Part shown: piece after piece, positions 27,398-37,074 of the stretch
Position numbering within the stretch: the first letter of the stretch is position 1
Layout: each line of letters starts with the position of its first letter
Source: Flavobacteriales bacterium
GTDB taxonomy: Bacteria > Bacteroidota > Bacteroidia > Flavobacteriales_D > Sanyastnellaceae
Direction: 5' to 3'
DNA: 64,000 nucleotides
Assembly (NCBI GenBank): GCA_029242765.1
Contig: JAQWTJ010000004.1
Coordinates: 72 to 64,071, forward strand
Program-made: the position numbers and the translations under genes
The notes under the pieces: generated by a model
The model's input: the letters and a program-made list of their open reading frames with translations, nothing else
Database searches by the model: none
What the model was told of the DNA's origin: nothing

Positions 27398-30300
27398 ATG
27401 CACAACATCTTCCGAATAGCAACCACCTGCTGTACGCTGCTTTGCACGCTCCTCTTTTTCCTTCAGACCTCATACGCTCAGGACACCGTCCACGTTTCAA
27501 TGATCACCACCTTGAGCGGAACTGAAATTGAGACGGCAATGCCGATTGGAGGTTGCAGTTTGACGGCCATTGACATTTCATTGAACATCGTCGCAGGCGG
27601 GAGCAATTGGGCGGGAGATATGGCCTTAGGCATCACTGCTCCAAATGGAGTTAGTATTCAATTTGGAGGGTACAACACAGGGTTCGGATACACCGAAGCC
27701 GCCGCTTGGCCCTCGGATTGGAACAGCACCTCGGACGGACTTTTTCAAGCGCACATTGGGGACTTGGCGGCCCACGGGCTGACCGGTGACGGGTGTTGGA
27801 CCGTGGAAATGATGAACGCCTGGACCTCAGGAGGGCCGTCTGACTATGTGCTAGAACTCGACTTGATCGGAGTTTGCTCAAGCGGTGGTTCGACGGGCTG
27901 TACCGATCCCCAGGCAAACAACTTTGACGACTGCGCCTTTGTCGACGACGGCTCGTGCACTTACCCGGAACTCAGCGCTGTATTTAGCTTTTCCCAAGAT
28001 TGCAGTGTGCCGGCTCTCGTTGAGTTCTCAGAACAAAGCTTAGGGAATGTTCAAAGTATGGCCTGGACCTTTGCCGGGGGGGACCCCGAAAGTTCGACCG
28101 ACCCCAACCCCATTGTGAGCTTTGCGTCGGTTGGCGATTTTGCGGTGACCTTGGAAGTGTACGACGATGAGGGCGGATCCGCAATCAATCTCGACACGGT
28201 GCACGTTTCAAATGCCCAGCGTCGCCTGCAAATTGTCATCACGCCTGATGCTTTCCCTTTCGAGACTTCATTTGCCGTGCTGAACGAAGCGGGTGACACA
28301 CTTCACCAAGGAGGTATTGAAGGGCTTGATGTGTGCGTTGAAGACGAATGCCTGGCAGTGTGGCTGCACGACAGTGGTGGCGACGGGTTCTCAATCGGCG
28401 GATTTTACAAGGTGCAGCTCGACGATGTGGTCTTGGAAGAGAACACGCACTTTGATGACGCCAAACTCGTGTACGCCGGGTGCCCTCAAGGGCAATCTTG
28501 TGACGACCCACTCATGATTATTGAGGGCGTGCAGACCGCGCCGCTTTCTGAGACGTGGTATGAAATCAATGTGCCGACCACTGGGCTTTATAAATTGGCC
28601 AGCTGTGGGCTGTCCCAGTGCGACACCGAAATCATCCTCTACGACCATTGTGACATGGCCGTATTCTGGGGAGAGAGCGAAGCCTTCATCACAGCGTCCG
28701 ACGACGACTGCGACGTGCAATCCCAAATCACGCCGATTATGGAGACCGGCATCACGTATTACGCGAGAATCGTGAACCACGACCCCAATTGCGACGGGGC
28801 GACGAGCTTCGAGTTTGAGGCCCTGGGGGGCGTTGTGGGGTGCATGGAACTTTTGGCCTGCAACTACCTGCCCATCGCAACGGAGCCGGACGTCTGCTAT
28901 TTTGCAGGCGACCCGGAGTGCCCCAGCTTCGGTCCTGATTTGATCATCAACGGCCCACGCGCGTACAGCACATTGGAATTGTACACTGAGAACAGCACCG
29001 ACGCCTGCATGATCGAAGAAGGCTGCATCCAAGGGTACGGTGAACGTGAGATCGTCCGATTCGACACTGAAATTGCGAACATCGGTACGGAGGACTATTT
29101 CATCGGCGCACCGAGCGCACAGCCCGAGCAATTCGAGTGGGATGCCTGCCACAATCACTACCACTATGAAGGCTATGCCGAGTATGCACTGTACACGAGC
29201 GGGGGCTCAGCTTGGCCGACGTTGGGCTTCAAGAACGGATTCTGCGTGATGGATTTGGGCGGCTGCAATTACGGTGGAGGTCCGGCCAAGTACACTTGCG
29301 GCTACATGGGCATCACAGCGGGCTGTCAGGACATATACTCGCGTTATCTCAACTGCCAATGGATCGACATCACGGATGTTCCCGCGGGCGATTACACATT
29401 GGTGATTCGGGTAAATTGGGATTTCTCTCCTGATGGCAATGGCTCCTACGAACTGGACTATTCAAACAACGCAGTGGCCATTTGTTTCTCTTTCGAACGG
29501 GACGATACGGGCGCTGCGGTAAACTTCACCAAAACCGAGGACTGCGATGTTCCGACGGATTGCCTCGGGGCGCCGTACGGGTCAAGCGTTCCGGACTGTG
29601 CCGGCAACTGCCCTGGCACCATTGTCAAGGGTGATTTGGACCTGGATGGGGAAGTCGACGCGGACGATCCGCTGGAGTACATCGACATGCTGATTGAGGG
29701 CGTGAGTACGGCAGCTCCGTGCGTGGATTTGAACGCGGACAGCGAATTGTCAGTCACCGATGCAGCGCTAGCTGCTGACTGCGCCTATTATGGCCACAAC
29801 CACTTGGGCGAAAATGGCGTGGAAAACCACTGCGATTGGAACGGGCCACTTCTTGCGCCTGACCAAAACGCCGAGTTCGGCATCAGCATGCCCTACCCCG
29901 ATTCCGCCTTTGTGGACTTGTCTGTGCACAATCCAACGTCTTGGCTGAGCAGTTGGGAAGTGCAACTGAGCGGGGCGACCTTCACCACGATTGAGCCCCT
30001 GTACGATACGACGGGCTTCCACCACCACTTTCAGGTCACACCCGAGGGCTACGCATTGTGTGTGGCGTTGGCCGACAGTTTGGTCGGCAAAAGTGCGTCG
30101 GTGCAGCCGTTGGTGCGCATTCACTTTGTTACGCCATCTTTCGACGGCGTATGCCTCGACAGCGTGGGTGACGTGACCAATGAAGATCGCCACGATATAA
30201 CGGCCACAGGCTCGGGATGCATCAACAGTGACGTGTGCACGGGCGACATCGACGGCAACGGCATCCGAGATGTGGGCGACTTGCTTGTAGCTTTAGGCGC

Positions 30301-30421
30301 CTTTGGATGCATAGGTGAAGGCTGTAGCGCATCAGATTTAGGCGCCGACCTTGACAACGACGGATTTGTGGGCGTAAACGACCTGCTCATTCTTCTGAGT
30401 TTGTTCGGGCAGCCTTGCTAA
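27398..30421 (+). CDS. secreted multi-domain lysyl-oxidase-like protein with dockerin-like C-terminal tails (LOX-1)
   Basis: Domain order is: signal peptide, P-domain-like module, Cys mini-module, PKD-like domain (aa ~193-270), TD..ETS/DSGGDG module, PPC-like module, LOX catalytic domain (aa ~512-700, CHNHYH...QWIDITDV), dockerin-like repeats, cohesin-like module. It ends in two EF-hand tails finishing LFGQPC*. Confidence 0.8.
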   Translation: MHNIFRIATTCCTLLCTLLFFLQTSYAQDTVHVSMITTLSGTEIETAMPIGGCSLTAIDISLNIVAGGSNWAGDMALGITAPNGVSIQFGGYNTGFGYTEAAAWPSDWNSTSDGLFQAHIGDLAAHGLTGDGCWTVEMMNAWTSGGPSDYVLELDLIGVCSSGGSTGCTDPQANNFDDCAFVDDGSCTYPELSAVFSFSQDCSVPALVEFSEQSLGNVQSMAWTFAGGDPESSTDPNPIVSFASVGDFAVTLEVYDDEGGSAINLDTVHVSNAQRRLQIVITPDAFPFETSFAVLNEAGDTLHQGGIEGLDVCVEDECLAVWLHDSGGDGFSIGGFYKVQLDDVVLEENTHFDDAKLVYAGCPQGQSCDDPLMIIEGVQTAPLSETWYEINVPTTGLYKLASCGLSQCDTEIILYDHCDMAVFWGESEAFITASDDDCDVQSQITPIMETGITYYARIVNHDPNCDGATSFEFEALGGVVGCMELLACNYLPIATEPDVCYFAGDPECPSFGPDLIINGPRAYSTLELYTENSTDACMIEEGCIQGYGEREIVRFDTEIANIGTEDYFIGAPSAQPEQFEWDACHNHYHYEGYAEYALYTSGGSAWPTLGFKNGFCVMDLGGCNYGGGPAKYTCGYMGITAGCQDIYSRYLNCQWIDITDVPAGDYTLVIRVNWDFSPDGNGSYELDYSNNAVAICFSFERDDTGAAVNFTKTEDCDVPTDCLGAPYGSSVPDCAGNCPGTIVKGDLDLDGEVDADDPLEYIDMLIEGVSTAAPCVDLNADSELSVTDAALAADCAYYGHNHLGENGVENHCDWNGPLLAPDQNAEFGISMPYPDSAFVDLSVHNPTSWLSSWEVQLSGATFTTIEPLYDTTGFHHHFQVTPEGYALCVALADSLVGKSASVQPLVRIHFVTPSFDGVCLDSVGDVTNEDRHDITATGSGCINSDVCTGDIDGNGIRDVGDLLVALGAFGCIGEGCSASDLGADLDNDGFVGVNDLLILLSLFGQPC

Positions 30422-30467
30422 TGGCCCATTGGCTTGGATTGAAAATAACGGAAAGAACCGAAGCAAT

Positions 30468-33400
30468 ATGCTCGACGAAAAGCGTGGACAAACGTGGACT
30501 AAATTCGCGCCACGTTCTCGCCCAATGGAAGCACTAAGCAAGACCACGCATAACATCCGGATCGTCACAGCCGCCTCCTTGTTTGACGGCCACGACGCTG
30601 CGATCAACATTATGCGCCGCATTATGCAGCGTTCAGGTTGTGAAATCATCCACCTCGGGCATGACCGCAGCGTGGATGAAGTGGTCACGTGTGCGATTCA
30701 AGAAGACGCTCAAGCCATCGCCATGACCTCCTACCAAGGCGGTCACAACGAGTACTTCAAATACATGAAGGACTTGCTCGAAGAGCGTGGCGCCGGGCAC
30801 ATTCGGGTCTTCGGGGGCGGCGGCGGGACCATCTTGCCCGAGGAAATTGCCGAACTTCAAGGGTATGGCATCGAGCGCATCTACCACCCGGACGACGGGC
30901 GTGAGATGGGGCTGCAAGGCATGATCGACGATCTGGTCCAGCGCTGCGACTACGCCACAGTGACTGAACCCTCAGGCGAAATCGTCCGACTCTCCGAAAA
31001 AAATCCACAAGACATTGCACGGCTCATCACGGCAGCTGAAATGGGGCTCAAAAGCTTTGAAGCTGACCTTGAAAAGGTCCGTGAACAGGCCCAAACTGTG
31101 AGCGTCCCAGTGCTCGGAATCACTGGAACAGGCGGCTCGGGCAAGAGTTCGATGGTGGACGAATTGGTCCGACGTTTCCTATTGGACCAGCCAGACAAGC
31201 GCTTGGCCATAGTATCGGTCGACCCTTCAAAGCGCAAGACGGGCGGGGCGTTGCTGGGCGACCGCATCCGTATGAATGCCGTTTCCAACGACCGCGTGTA
31301 CATGCGATCGCTCGCCACGCGCCAGAGCAACCTCGCCTTGAGCCGCCACGTCGGCGACGCCCTGGGCATATTGAAGGTGGCCGGATTCGATTTGATCATC
31401 TTGGAGACCTCCGGCATCGGCCAGAGCGACACCGAGATACTCGACCACAGCGACGTTTCACTCTACATCATGACCCCCGAATTTGGGGCGGCCACGCAGC
31501 TGGAGAAAATCGACATGCTCGACTTTGCTGATTTGGTGGCCATCAACAAATTTGACAAGCGCGGGGGGCAAGACGCCTTGCGCGACGTGCGCAAGCAATT
31601 CAAGCGCAACCACGAATTGTGGGAAGCAGCCGATGACGACTTGCCCATCTTCGGAACCATCGCCTCGCAGTTCGGCGATCCTGGAACGAACCAACTGTAC
31701 AGCTCTGTGATGGAGAAGATGGTCGAGAAGACGGGGGCTTCCCTTGCCTCGTCCATGCCCACTGAAAGCGCCTCAAGTGAGAAGGTTCACGTCATCCCCC
31801 CCAAGCGAACGCGCTACTTGAGCGAGATTTCTGACACGGTGCGCGGATACAACGCTTGGGTCGAAGCCCAAGCCGCCATCGCCGGCCGTATCCAAAATCT
31901 GACCCGCGCAGCCGATGAACTCGAAGGCGACGCGAACAGCACCCAAGCCCTTTTGGCCCGCAAGGCCGAACTGCTCCTGGAACTCGACCCGAAAAACCTT
32001 CAATGGCTCGAAGCGTGGCCCGAAGAGGCCGCACGCTACAGTGCCGATGAGTATGTATTTAATGTGCGCGGAAAGGAGCTCTGCATCCCAACTTCGACCA
32101 CCTCACTTTCACAGCTGCAGATCCCTAAGGTGAGCGTGCCGAAACTCGACGGCTGGCGCGACCTCTTGCGCTGGGCGTTGCAGGAAAACCTGCCCGGTCA
32201 CTTCCCCTTCACCGCTGGGCTGTTCCCATTCAAACGCCGTGGAGAAGACCCCACGCGGATGTTCGCCGGAGAAGGCGGGCCCGAGCGCACCAACCGTCGA
32301 TTCCATTACGTCTCGGGTGATATGCCGGCCAAACGACTCTCCACCGCCTTTGACTCGGTGACACTGTACGGACGCGACCCGGGCGAGCGACCGGACATCT
32401 ACGGAAAAATTGGAAATGCAGGCGTGAGTATTTGCTGCTTGGATGACGCGAAAAAACTGTACAGCGGATTCAACCTGTGCGATCCATCGACAAGTGTATC
32501 GATGACCATCAACGGCCCAGCGCCCATGGTGCTCGCCTTCTTTCTCAACGCCGCCATCGACCAGAAATGTGAACAATACATCCGTGAGCATAAACTGGAG
32601 AACGAAGTAGAGAAGTTGCTGAAACAACGATGGGAGGCGCAAGGGCTGAAGCGGCCGCACTACAACGGGGAGCTGCCTGAGGGCAACGACGGGCTAGGGT
32701 TGATGCTCTTAGGTTGCACAGGCGATGAAGTACTCGACCGCAAAACCTACGCACGGCTTTCGGCCGAAGCCCTTACCCAAGTGCGTGGAACCGTCCAAGC
32801 CGACATTCTCAAAGAGGACCAGGCCCAAAACACCTGCATCTTTTCGACGGAGTTTGCCTTGCGTCTCATGGGCGACGTGCAAGCGCATTTCATCAATCAC
32901 AGCATCGGTAATTTTTATTCGGTCTCGATTTCGGGCTATCACATCGCCGAGGCCGGAGCAAATCCAATTTCTCAATTGGCCTTCACGCTCGCCAATGGTT
33001 TCACCTACGTTGAGTATTATCTCAGCCGGGGGATGGATATCAACGCCTTCGGACCGAACCTGAGCTTCTTCTTCTCCAACGGCATCGACCCGGAATACGC
33101 CGTAATCGGGCGGGTCGCACGACGCATCTGGTCGAAGGCCATGGACCGGAAGTACGGCGCAGGAGAAAAGGCACAAAAACTCAAATACCACATCCAAACC
33201 AGCGGCCGATCGCTGCACGCGCAGGAAATTGACTTCAACGACATCCGCACGACGTTGCAGGCCTTATATGCGATTTATGACAATTGCAACTCACTGCACA
33301 CCAACGCTTACGACGAGGCGATCACCACGCCGACCGAGGGCAGCGTACGGCGAGCTATTGCGATTCAGATGATTATCAATCGGGAATTGGGCTTAACCAA

Positions 33401-33884
33401 AAACGAGAACCCGCTGCAAGGCTCCTTCATCATTGAGGAGCTCACGGACTTGGTTGAAGAAGCCGTGATGATGGAATTCGACCAAATCACCGAGCGCGGA
33501 GGCGTGCTCGGCGCGATGGAAACGATGTACCAGCGCTCAAAGATTCAGGAGGAAAGCCTGCATTACGAGATGCTCAAGCACACGGGCGAGTACCCAATTA
33601 TCGGCGTGAACACCTTCCTTTCAAAGGAGGGCTCTCCCACCATCGTTCCGGGGGAGGTCATCCGCGCAACACCCGAGGAAAAGGCTACTCAAGTGCAAAC
33701 CGCGAAGACATTGCAGCAAGCCCATACGGAACGTTCAAGCGTTGCCCTGGATGCCGTTCAATCGGCCGCAACCCAACAAAGCAACGTGTTTGAAGTGCTC
33801 ATGGATGCTGTCAAGAGTTGTTCACTCGGTCAGCTTACAGACGCCCTATTCGAGGTGGGCGGTGCCTACCGCCGCAACATGTAA
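30468..33884 (+). CDS. icmF: fused isobutyryl-CoA mutase IcmF (B12-binding domain + MeaB-like GTPase + mutase domain)
   Basis: The N-terminus has the B12 motif ([12 protein letters not shown]...SYQGGH). The central part has the P-loop [12 protein letters not shown] and NKFD. The C-terminal mutase barrel has RMFAGEG and [12 protein letters not shown] at 30468. Confidence 0.88.
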   Translation: MLDEKRGQTWTKFAPRSRPMEALSKTTHNIRIVTAASLFDGHDAAINIMRRIMQRSGCEIIHLGHDRSVDEVVTCAIQEDAQAIAMTSYQGGHNEYFKYMKDLLEERGAGHIRVFGGGGGTILPEEIAELQGYGIERIYHPDDGREMGLQGMIDDLVQRCDYATVTEPSGEIVRLSEKNPQDIARLITAAEMGLKSFEADLEKVREQAQTVSVPVLGITGTGGSGKSSMVDELVRRFLLDQPDKRLAIVSVDPSKRKTGGALLGDRIRMNAVSNDRVYMRSLATRQSNLALSRHVGDALGILKVAGFDLIILETSGIGQSDTEILDHSDVSLYIMTPEFGAATQLEKIDMLDFADLVAINKFDKRGGQDALRDVRKQFKRNHELWEAADDDLPIFGTIASQFGDPGTNQLYSSVMEKMVEKTGASLASSMPTESASSEKVHVIPPKRTRYLSEISDTVRGYNAWVEAQAAIAGRIQNLTRAADELEGDANSTQALLARKAELLLELDPKNLQWLEAWPEEAARYSADEYVFNVRGKELCIPTSTTSLSQLQIPKVSVPKLDGWRDLLRWALQENLPGHFPFTAGLFPFKRRGEDPTRMFAGEGGPERTNRRFHYVSGDMPAKRLSTAFDSVTLYGRDPGERPDIYGKIGNAGVSICCLDDAKKLYSGFNLCDPSTSVSMTINGPAPMVLAFFLNAAIDQKCEQYIREHKLENEVEKLLKQRWEAQGLKRPHYNGELPEGNDGLGLMLLGCTGDEVLDRKTYARLSAEALTQVRGTVQADILKEDQAQNTCIFSTEFALRLMGDVQAHFINHSIGNFYSVSISGYHIAEAGANPISQLAFTLANGFTYVEYYLSRGMDINAFGPNLSFFFSNGIDPEYAVIGRVARRIWSKAMDRKYGAGEKAQKLKYHIQTSGRSLHAQEIDFNDIRTTLQALYAIYDNCNSLHTNAYDEAITTPTEGSVRRAIAIQMIINRELGLTKNENPLQGSFIIEELTDLVEEAVMMEFDQITERGGVLGAMETMYQRSKIQEESLHYEMLKHTGEYPIIGVNTFLSKEGSPTIVPGEVIRATPEEKATQVQTAKTLQQAHTERSSVALDAVQSAATQQSNVFEVLMDAVKSCSLGQLTDALFEVGGAYRRNM

Positions 33885-33922
33885 TGGGCAGCGCGGAATT
33901 TTAGACGAATTATATTGAGCGC

Positions 33923-34369
33923 ATGCATCAAACACTTCGCACTATCCTAGCCATCGTCGCCGGCATCCTCGTTTTTTTCGTAGGCGTCACGGGACTGCAT
34001 CTGTTGACCGGTCCACTGGTGGGGCTTCCGCCGACCCCGCAAGGCATGCCTTCTGAAAACCCGGAGGCTTGGGCCGCATTCATCTCTGGTTTGAGCACCG
34101 TTCAAATGTTGTCCGCTATGTTTTCGCACATCGGCGGGACATTCTTAGGCGCCTTGACGGCGGCATGGATTGCAAAAGATGGGCGCTTGGTCGTGCCCAT
34201 GACGGTTGCGGCCGTGGCCTTGGTCGGCGGCGTGATGAACGCCATGGACCTGACGAGTCAACCTGCCTGGTTCACTATTATGGACTTGAGCTTGTACCTG
34301 CCGGCCGGCTATCTCGCCTGTCAATTGGCTAAAAAAAAGCGGGCTGAACCTGTGGCCCCGCCCGCTTGA
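33923..34369 (+). CDS. hypothetical small membrane protein (about 4 TM segments)
   Basis: Hydrophobic segments ILAIVAGILVFFVGVTGLHLL, TFLGALTAAWIA, VVPMTVAAVALVGGVM and FTIMDLSLYLPAGYLACQLA. No family recognised. Confidence 0.5.
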   Translation: MHQTLRTILAIVAGILVFFVGVTGLHLLTGPLVGLPPTPQGMPSENPEAWAAFISGLSTVQMLSAMFSHIGGTFLGALTAAWIAKDGRLVVPMTVAAVALVGGVMNAMDLTSQPAWFTIMDLSLYLPAGYLACQLAKKKRAEPVAPPA

Positions 34370-34405
34370 TTTCTTTCAGAATTCAGCTCGCTTTCCGTAT
34401 CGAGT

Positions 34406-36826
34406 TCACTTGACCGTGAAACGCAACACCCGGCGAAAGTCACTTTCGGTTACCGTTAGGTAGTATGCACCCGACTGCAGGCTGCTTGCATCGAGTATCC
34501 AACGATTGCTGCTGCCCCACACGTCCCGCATCACTTTTCGGCCGAGCACATCGAGCACTTCAACCGAAGCGCCCTCAAGGCTTACCCCTTCAAAGCGCAC
34601 TTCAGCACGATTTTGCACAAGGTTTGGATTCATCTGCAAGTCGGACGATTCATTCGTCTCGCTCACATCGAGCGGGTTTGAGCAAGCCACACCAATGAGC
34701 GGCACGGTGTTGTGATACACGCCATTAATTACGTCCGTGATGTGGTCGATACAAATCTCCTCTTCAGCCTCCCCTATCCAGTAGATCCGGCACAAAGGCG
34801 TGTATTCGTAATGCTTCATCATCGCGTCGTTCTCATAGCTTAGTCCAATAATCTCTTGGCCTCCCAAAGAAAAAGAAGGCGTGATTGGGAACACGATAGG
34901 ATCAGCAAGCGAAACCACCGACTCGATGTCCAAACCGGCCATCGTAAATTGATAGCCCACGATTTTATTGAAGGGGTTCAAGACATTGATATCGACAAAG
35001 CCCTGCTCCCAGTTGACGGCTCCCAAGGAGAACCACACCGAATCGTAAGGGTTGGTGATGTGCGACGCGGGGAAGTTACACCGGTCGTGAAATCCGCTGG
35101 AGTCAGGATGTTGATGAGCAATATTCCAGACGTTGCACTGGGCAAGCAAGGCCGCATCAGCCACCGTGACTTCGCCATCTTGGTCGGCGTCCACACACAT
35201 TGTGGCTTCCAAATCGCCGCCTAGGATGCCCGAAACGTATGACTGGGCGTCGGTCAGGTCTTGGTCCATGTCGGCGTCAAGATCGCCTAGCAAGGCCGAG
35301 CCGTTGCATTCACCCGTGCAGTCCACCACGGCTGTTCCGTATTGGTCTCCGTTGCAATCAACTAAAATGCTGCAATCCTGGATTTGCTCCACCTCAATTT
35401 CGCCCATTGAGCGGTCAATGTTGATGCAAACCACGCCCCAGTTGTTTTCGTACTGATTCTCGTAACGCCCCAGCGCATCAGGACTGTAATCCCAATTCAC
35501 TCGAACAACCAAGTGGTAGTCGCCGTCGGTGACGTCGGTGACATCAATCCATTGGCAGCTCAAACCGGAACCATAAATGTCGCCGCAATGGGCCGAGATG
35601 CCCATAATGGAGCATCCGTACTGGCCCGTGCCGCCATCACCGCACTCGAGGTCCATCACGCAGAATCCGTTCTTGAATCCAATCGGAAGCATGTTGCCGT
35701 CCATATCGAACAGGTCGTATCTCGCGTAGCCTTTGTAATGCCAGTGATTGTGGCAGTCCCCCCATTCAAATTGAACCGTCGAATCGTTGTTCGAGGTTGA
35801 ACCAATGTAATAATCGAGGTCTCCGATGTTCTTGATATGCGTGGTGAAGCGAACCAAGTCGCGCTCACCGTACCCGTTGAGGCAGCCTTCAGAAATGTAG
35901 CAATTGTTCTCGTCCACAGCCATCGTCTCAGCGGAGAGTGAATTTTCAATGGCCGAAGTCACGATGACCAGGTCCGGTCCTGTGCAATCTGGATCCCCTG
36001 GGTAAATGCAGCTTCCGTTGTCAATTTCAGCCCCCGGTTGATAATTGCACGCCGTTTCATCCATACAACCTTCTGGCAATCCCGCATAGTCAAACCACCA
36101 CTCAAAATCATCACAATCATCCAAGCTCGTGAAGCGTATCCAATACGTCACGCCGCCTTCGAGCAAAACCGTGAGCTGAGCTGACTCCGCCATGCCCTCG
36201 CAACCGCCTTGTTCGTCGTCGTAGTAGATCGAGCCTTCATTGGTGCTGTTAAAGTTGTTCATGTTGCAGTAATCGTACACCCACAAGCGCGTGTCACAAT
36301 TCGTTCCGCAACTGGACAAATCGTACATGCCGTTTTGATCCGGCGTAAAAGTGTACCACTGGACATCGGCATTTGAGGTGATCCACGTGCCGTAGTCAGC
36401 GGCGGTCAGCGGGGCGCCCGTGTCACAAATGGCACCCTCAGGACAACCGATCCAATGATTCTCTACAAACCCATAATTACCGCTATTGGTGATGACGGTA
36501 TCGCCGTCAAGCAGGACGGTGTAAGAACCGGGCGCGCTGAGCCCGTCGCCGTACGAATCAATCATAGAGAATCGCCAACAGGCGGTAAGTTCGTCTGCAC
36601 TAAAGCAAAGCGTGTCGCTCTCATACGTGCCCTCTGCAAGAAGTACATTGTCCCCGTCGTACAACCCCCACGAAATTTCTTGAGGCCAACTGTCAGGCAC
36701 AATCGACACGACCACTTGGGCCTCACTTTCAAGGCAATCTTGGGAGAAAACAAAGTTGGAAGAGACCGCAAAAGCAATCGTCAAAAGGGTGGTCAGCCCC
36801 GAAAAAAGGAGGTTTTTTAGGTTCAT
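34406..36826 (-). CDS. secreted multi-domain lysyl-oxidase-like protein with T9SS type A CTD (LOX-2)
   Basis: Signal peptide from the ATG at 36826 (MNLKNLLFSGLTTLLTIAFAVSSNFVFSQ). It then has the DSYGDG module, PPC-like module, Cys mini-module, LOX domain (CHNHWH...QWIDVTDV), dockerin-like repeats and cohesin-like module. The CTD is LQMNPNLVQNRAEV...LQSGAYYLTVTE...LRFTVK. Confidence 0.8.
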   Translation of the reverse strand: MNLKNLLFSGLTTLLTIAFAVSSNFVFSQDCLESEAQVVVSIVPDSWPQEISWGLYDGDNVLLAEGTYESDTLCFSADELTACWRFSMIDSYGDGLSAPGSYTVLLDGDTVITNSGNYGFVENHWIGCPEGAICDTGAPLTAADYGTWITSNADVQWYTFTPDQNGMYDLSSCGTNCDTRLWVYDYCNMNNFNSTNEGSIYYDDEQGGCEGMAESAQLTVLLEGGVTYWIRFTSLDDCDDFEWWFDYAGLPEGCMDETACNYQPGAEIDNGSCIYPGDPDCTGPDLVIVTSAIENSLSAETMAVDENNCYISEGCLNGYGERDLVRFTTHIKNIGDLDYYIGSTSNNDSTVQFEWGDCHNHWHYKGYARYDLFDMDGNMLPIGFKNGFCVMDLECGDGGTGQYGCSIMGISAHCGDIYGSGLSCQWIDVTDVTDGDYHLVVRVNWDYSPDALGRYENQYENNWGVVCINIDRSMGEIEVEQIQDCSILVDCNGDQYGTAVVDCTGECNGSALLGDLDADMDQDLTDAQSYVSGILGGDLEATMCVDADQDGEVTVADAALLAQCNVWNIAHQHPDSSGFHDRCNFPASHITNPYDSVWFSLGAVNWEQGFVDINVLNPFNKIVGYQFTMAGLDIESVVSLADPIVFPITPSFSLGGQEIIGLSYENDAMMKHYEYTPLCRIYWIGEAEEEICIDHITDVINGVYHNTVPLIGVACSNPLDVSETNESSDLQMNPNLVQNRAEVRFEGVSLEGASVEVLDVLGRKVMRDVWGSSNRWILDASSLQSGAYYLTVTESDFRRVLRFTVK

Positions 36827-37074
36827 GGTTTCAGTTGTCCTAAGCAGGTGTAAAGCATAACCCAGTTGAATAGAAAGGGGTTGCACAAGTGGTGAAAGGT
36901 ACAGAGCCGTGTGCTACTTTTGTAGGCACAACAGCACCGCAAGTTATGTCGCACGAATTTCATGAACCCGAAGAGAACGAAATCGCAGGCCCCGTTGTGT
37001 TGGCCCTGTTGATTGTAGCCATCATCGTCGTCTCCATCGCCTTGATGTAAGGCTCAACGGCCTTGGCACAAGGT

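Noticed and set aside
28391-29164. 257-aa antisense ORF inside the LOX-1 gene. Similar long antisense or alternative-frame ORFs occur at 18894..19526 and 18980..19498 in uvrA, 10676..11305, 32109..32660 and 32709..33218 in icmF, 13640..14212 and 14868..15443 in the hybrid kinase, and 45634..46143 and 44692..45231 in the M43 gene.
   Set aside because: Each lies entirely within a gene whose sense frame has strong family motifs. The translations are Arg/Ala/Gly/Pro-rich low-complexity sequences typical of shadow ORFs in GC-rich coding DNA.
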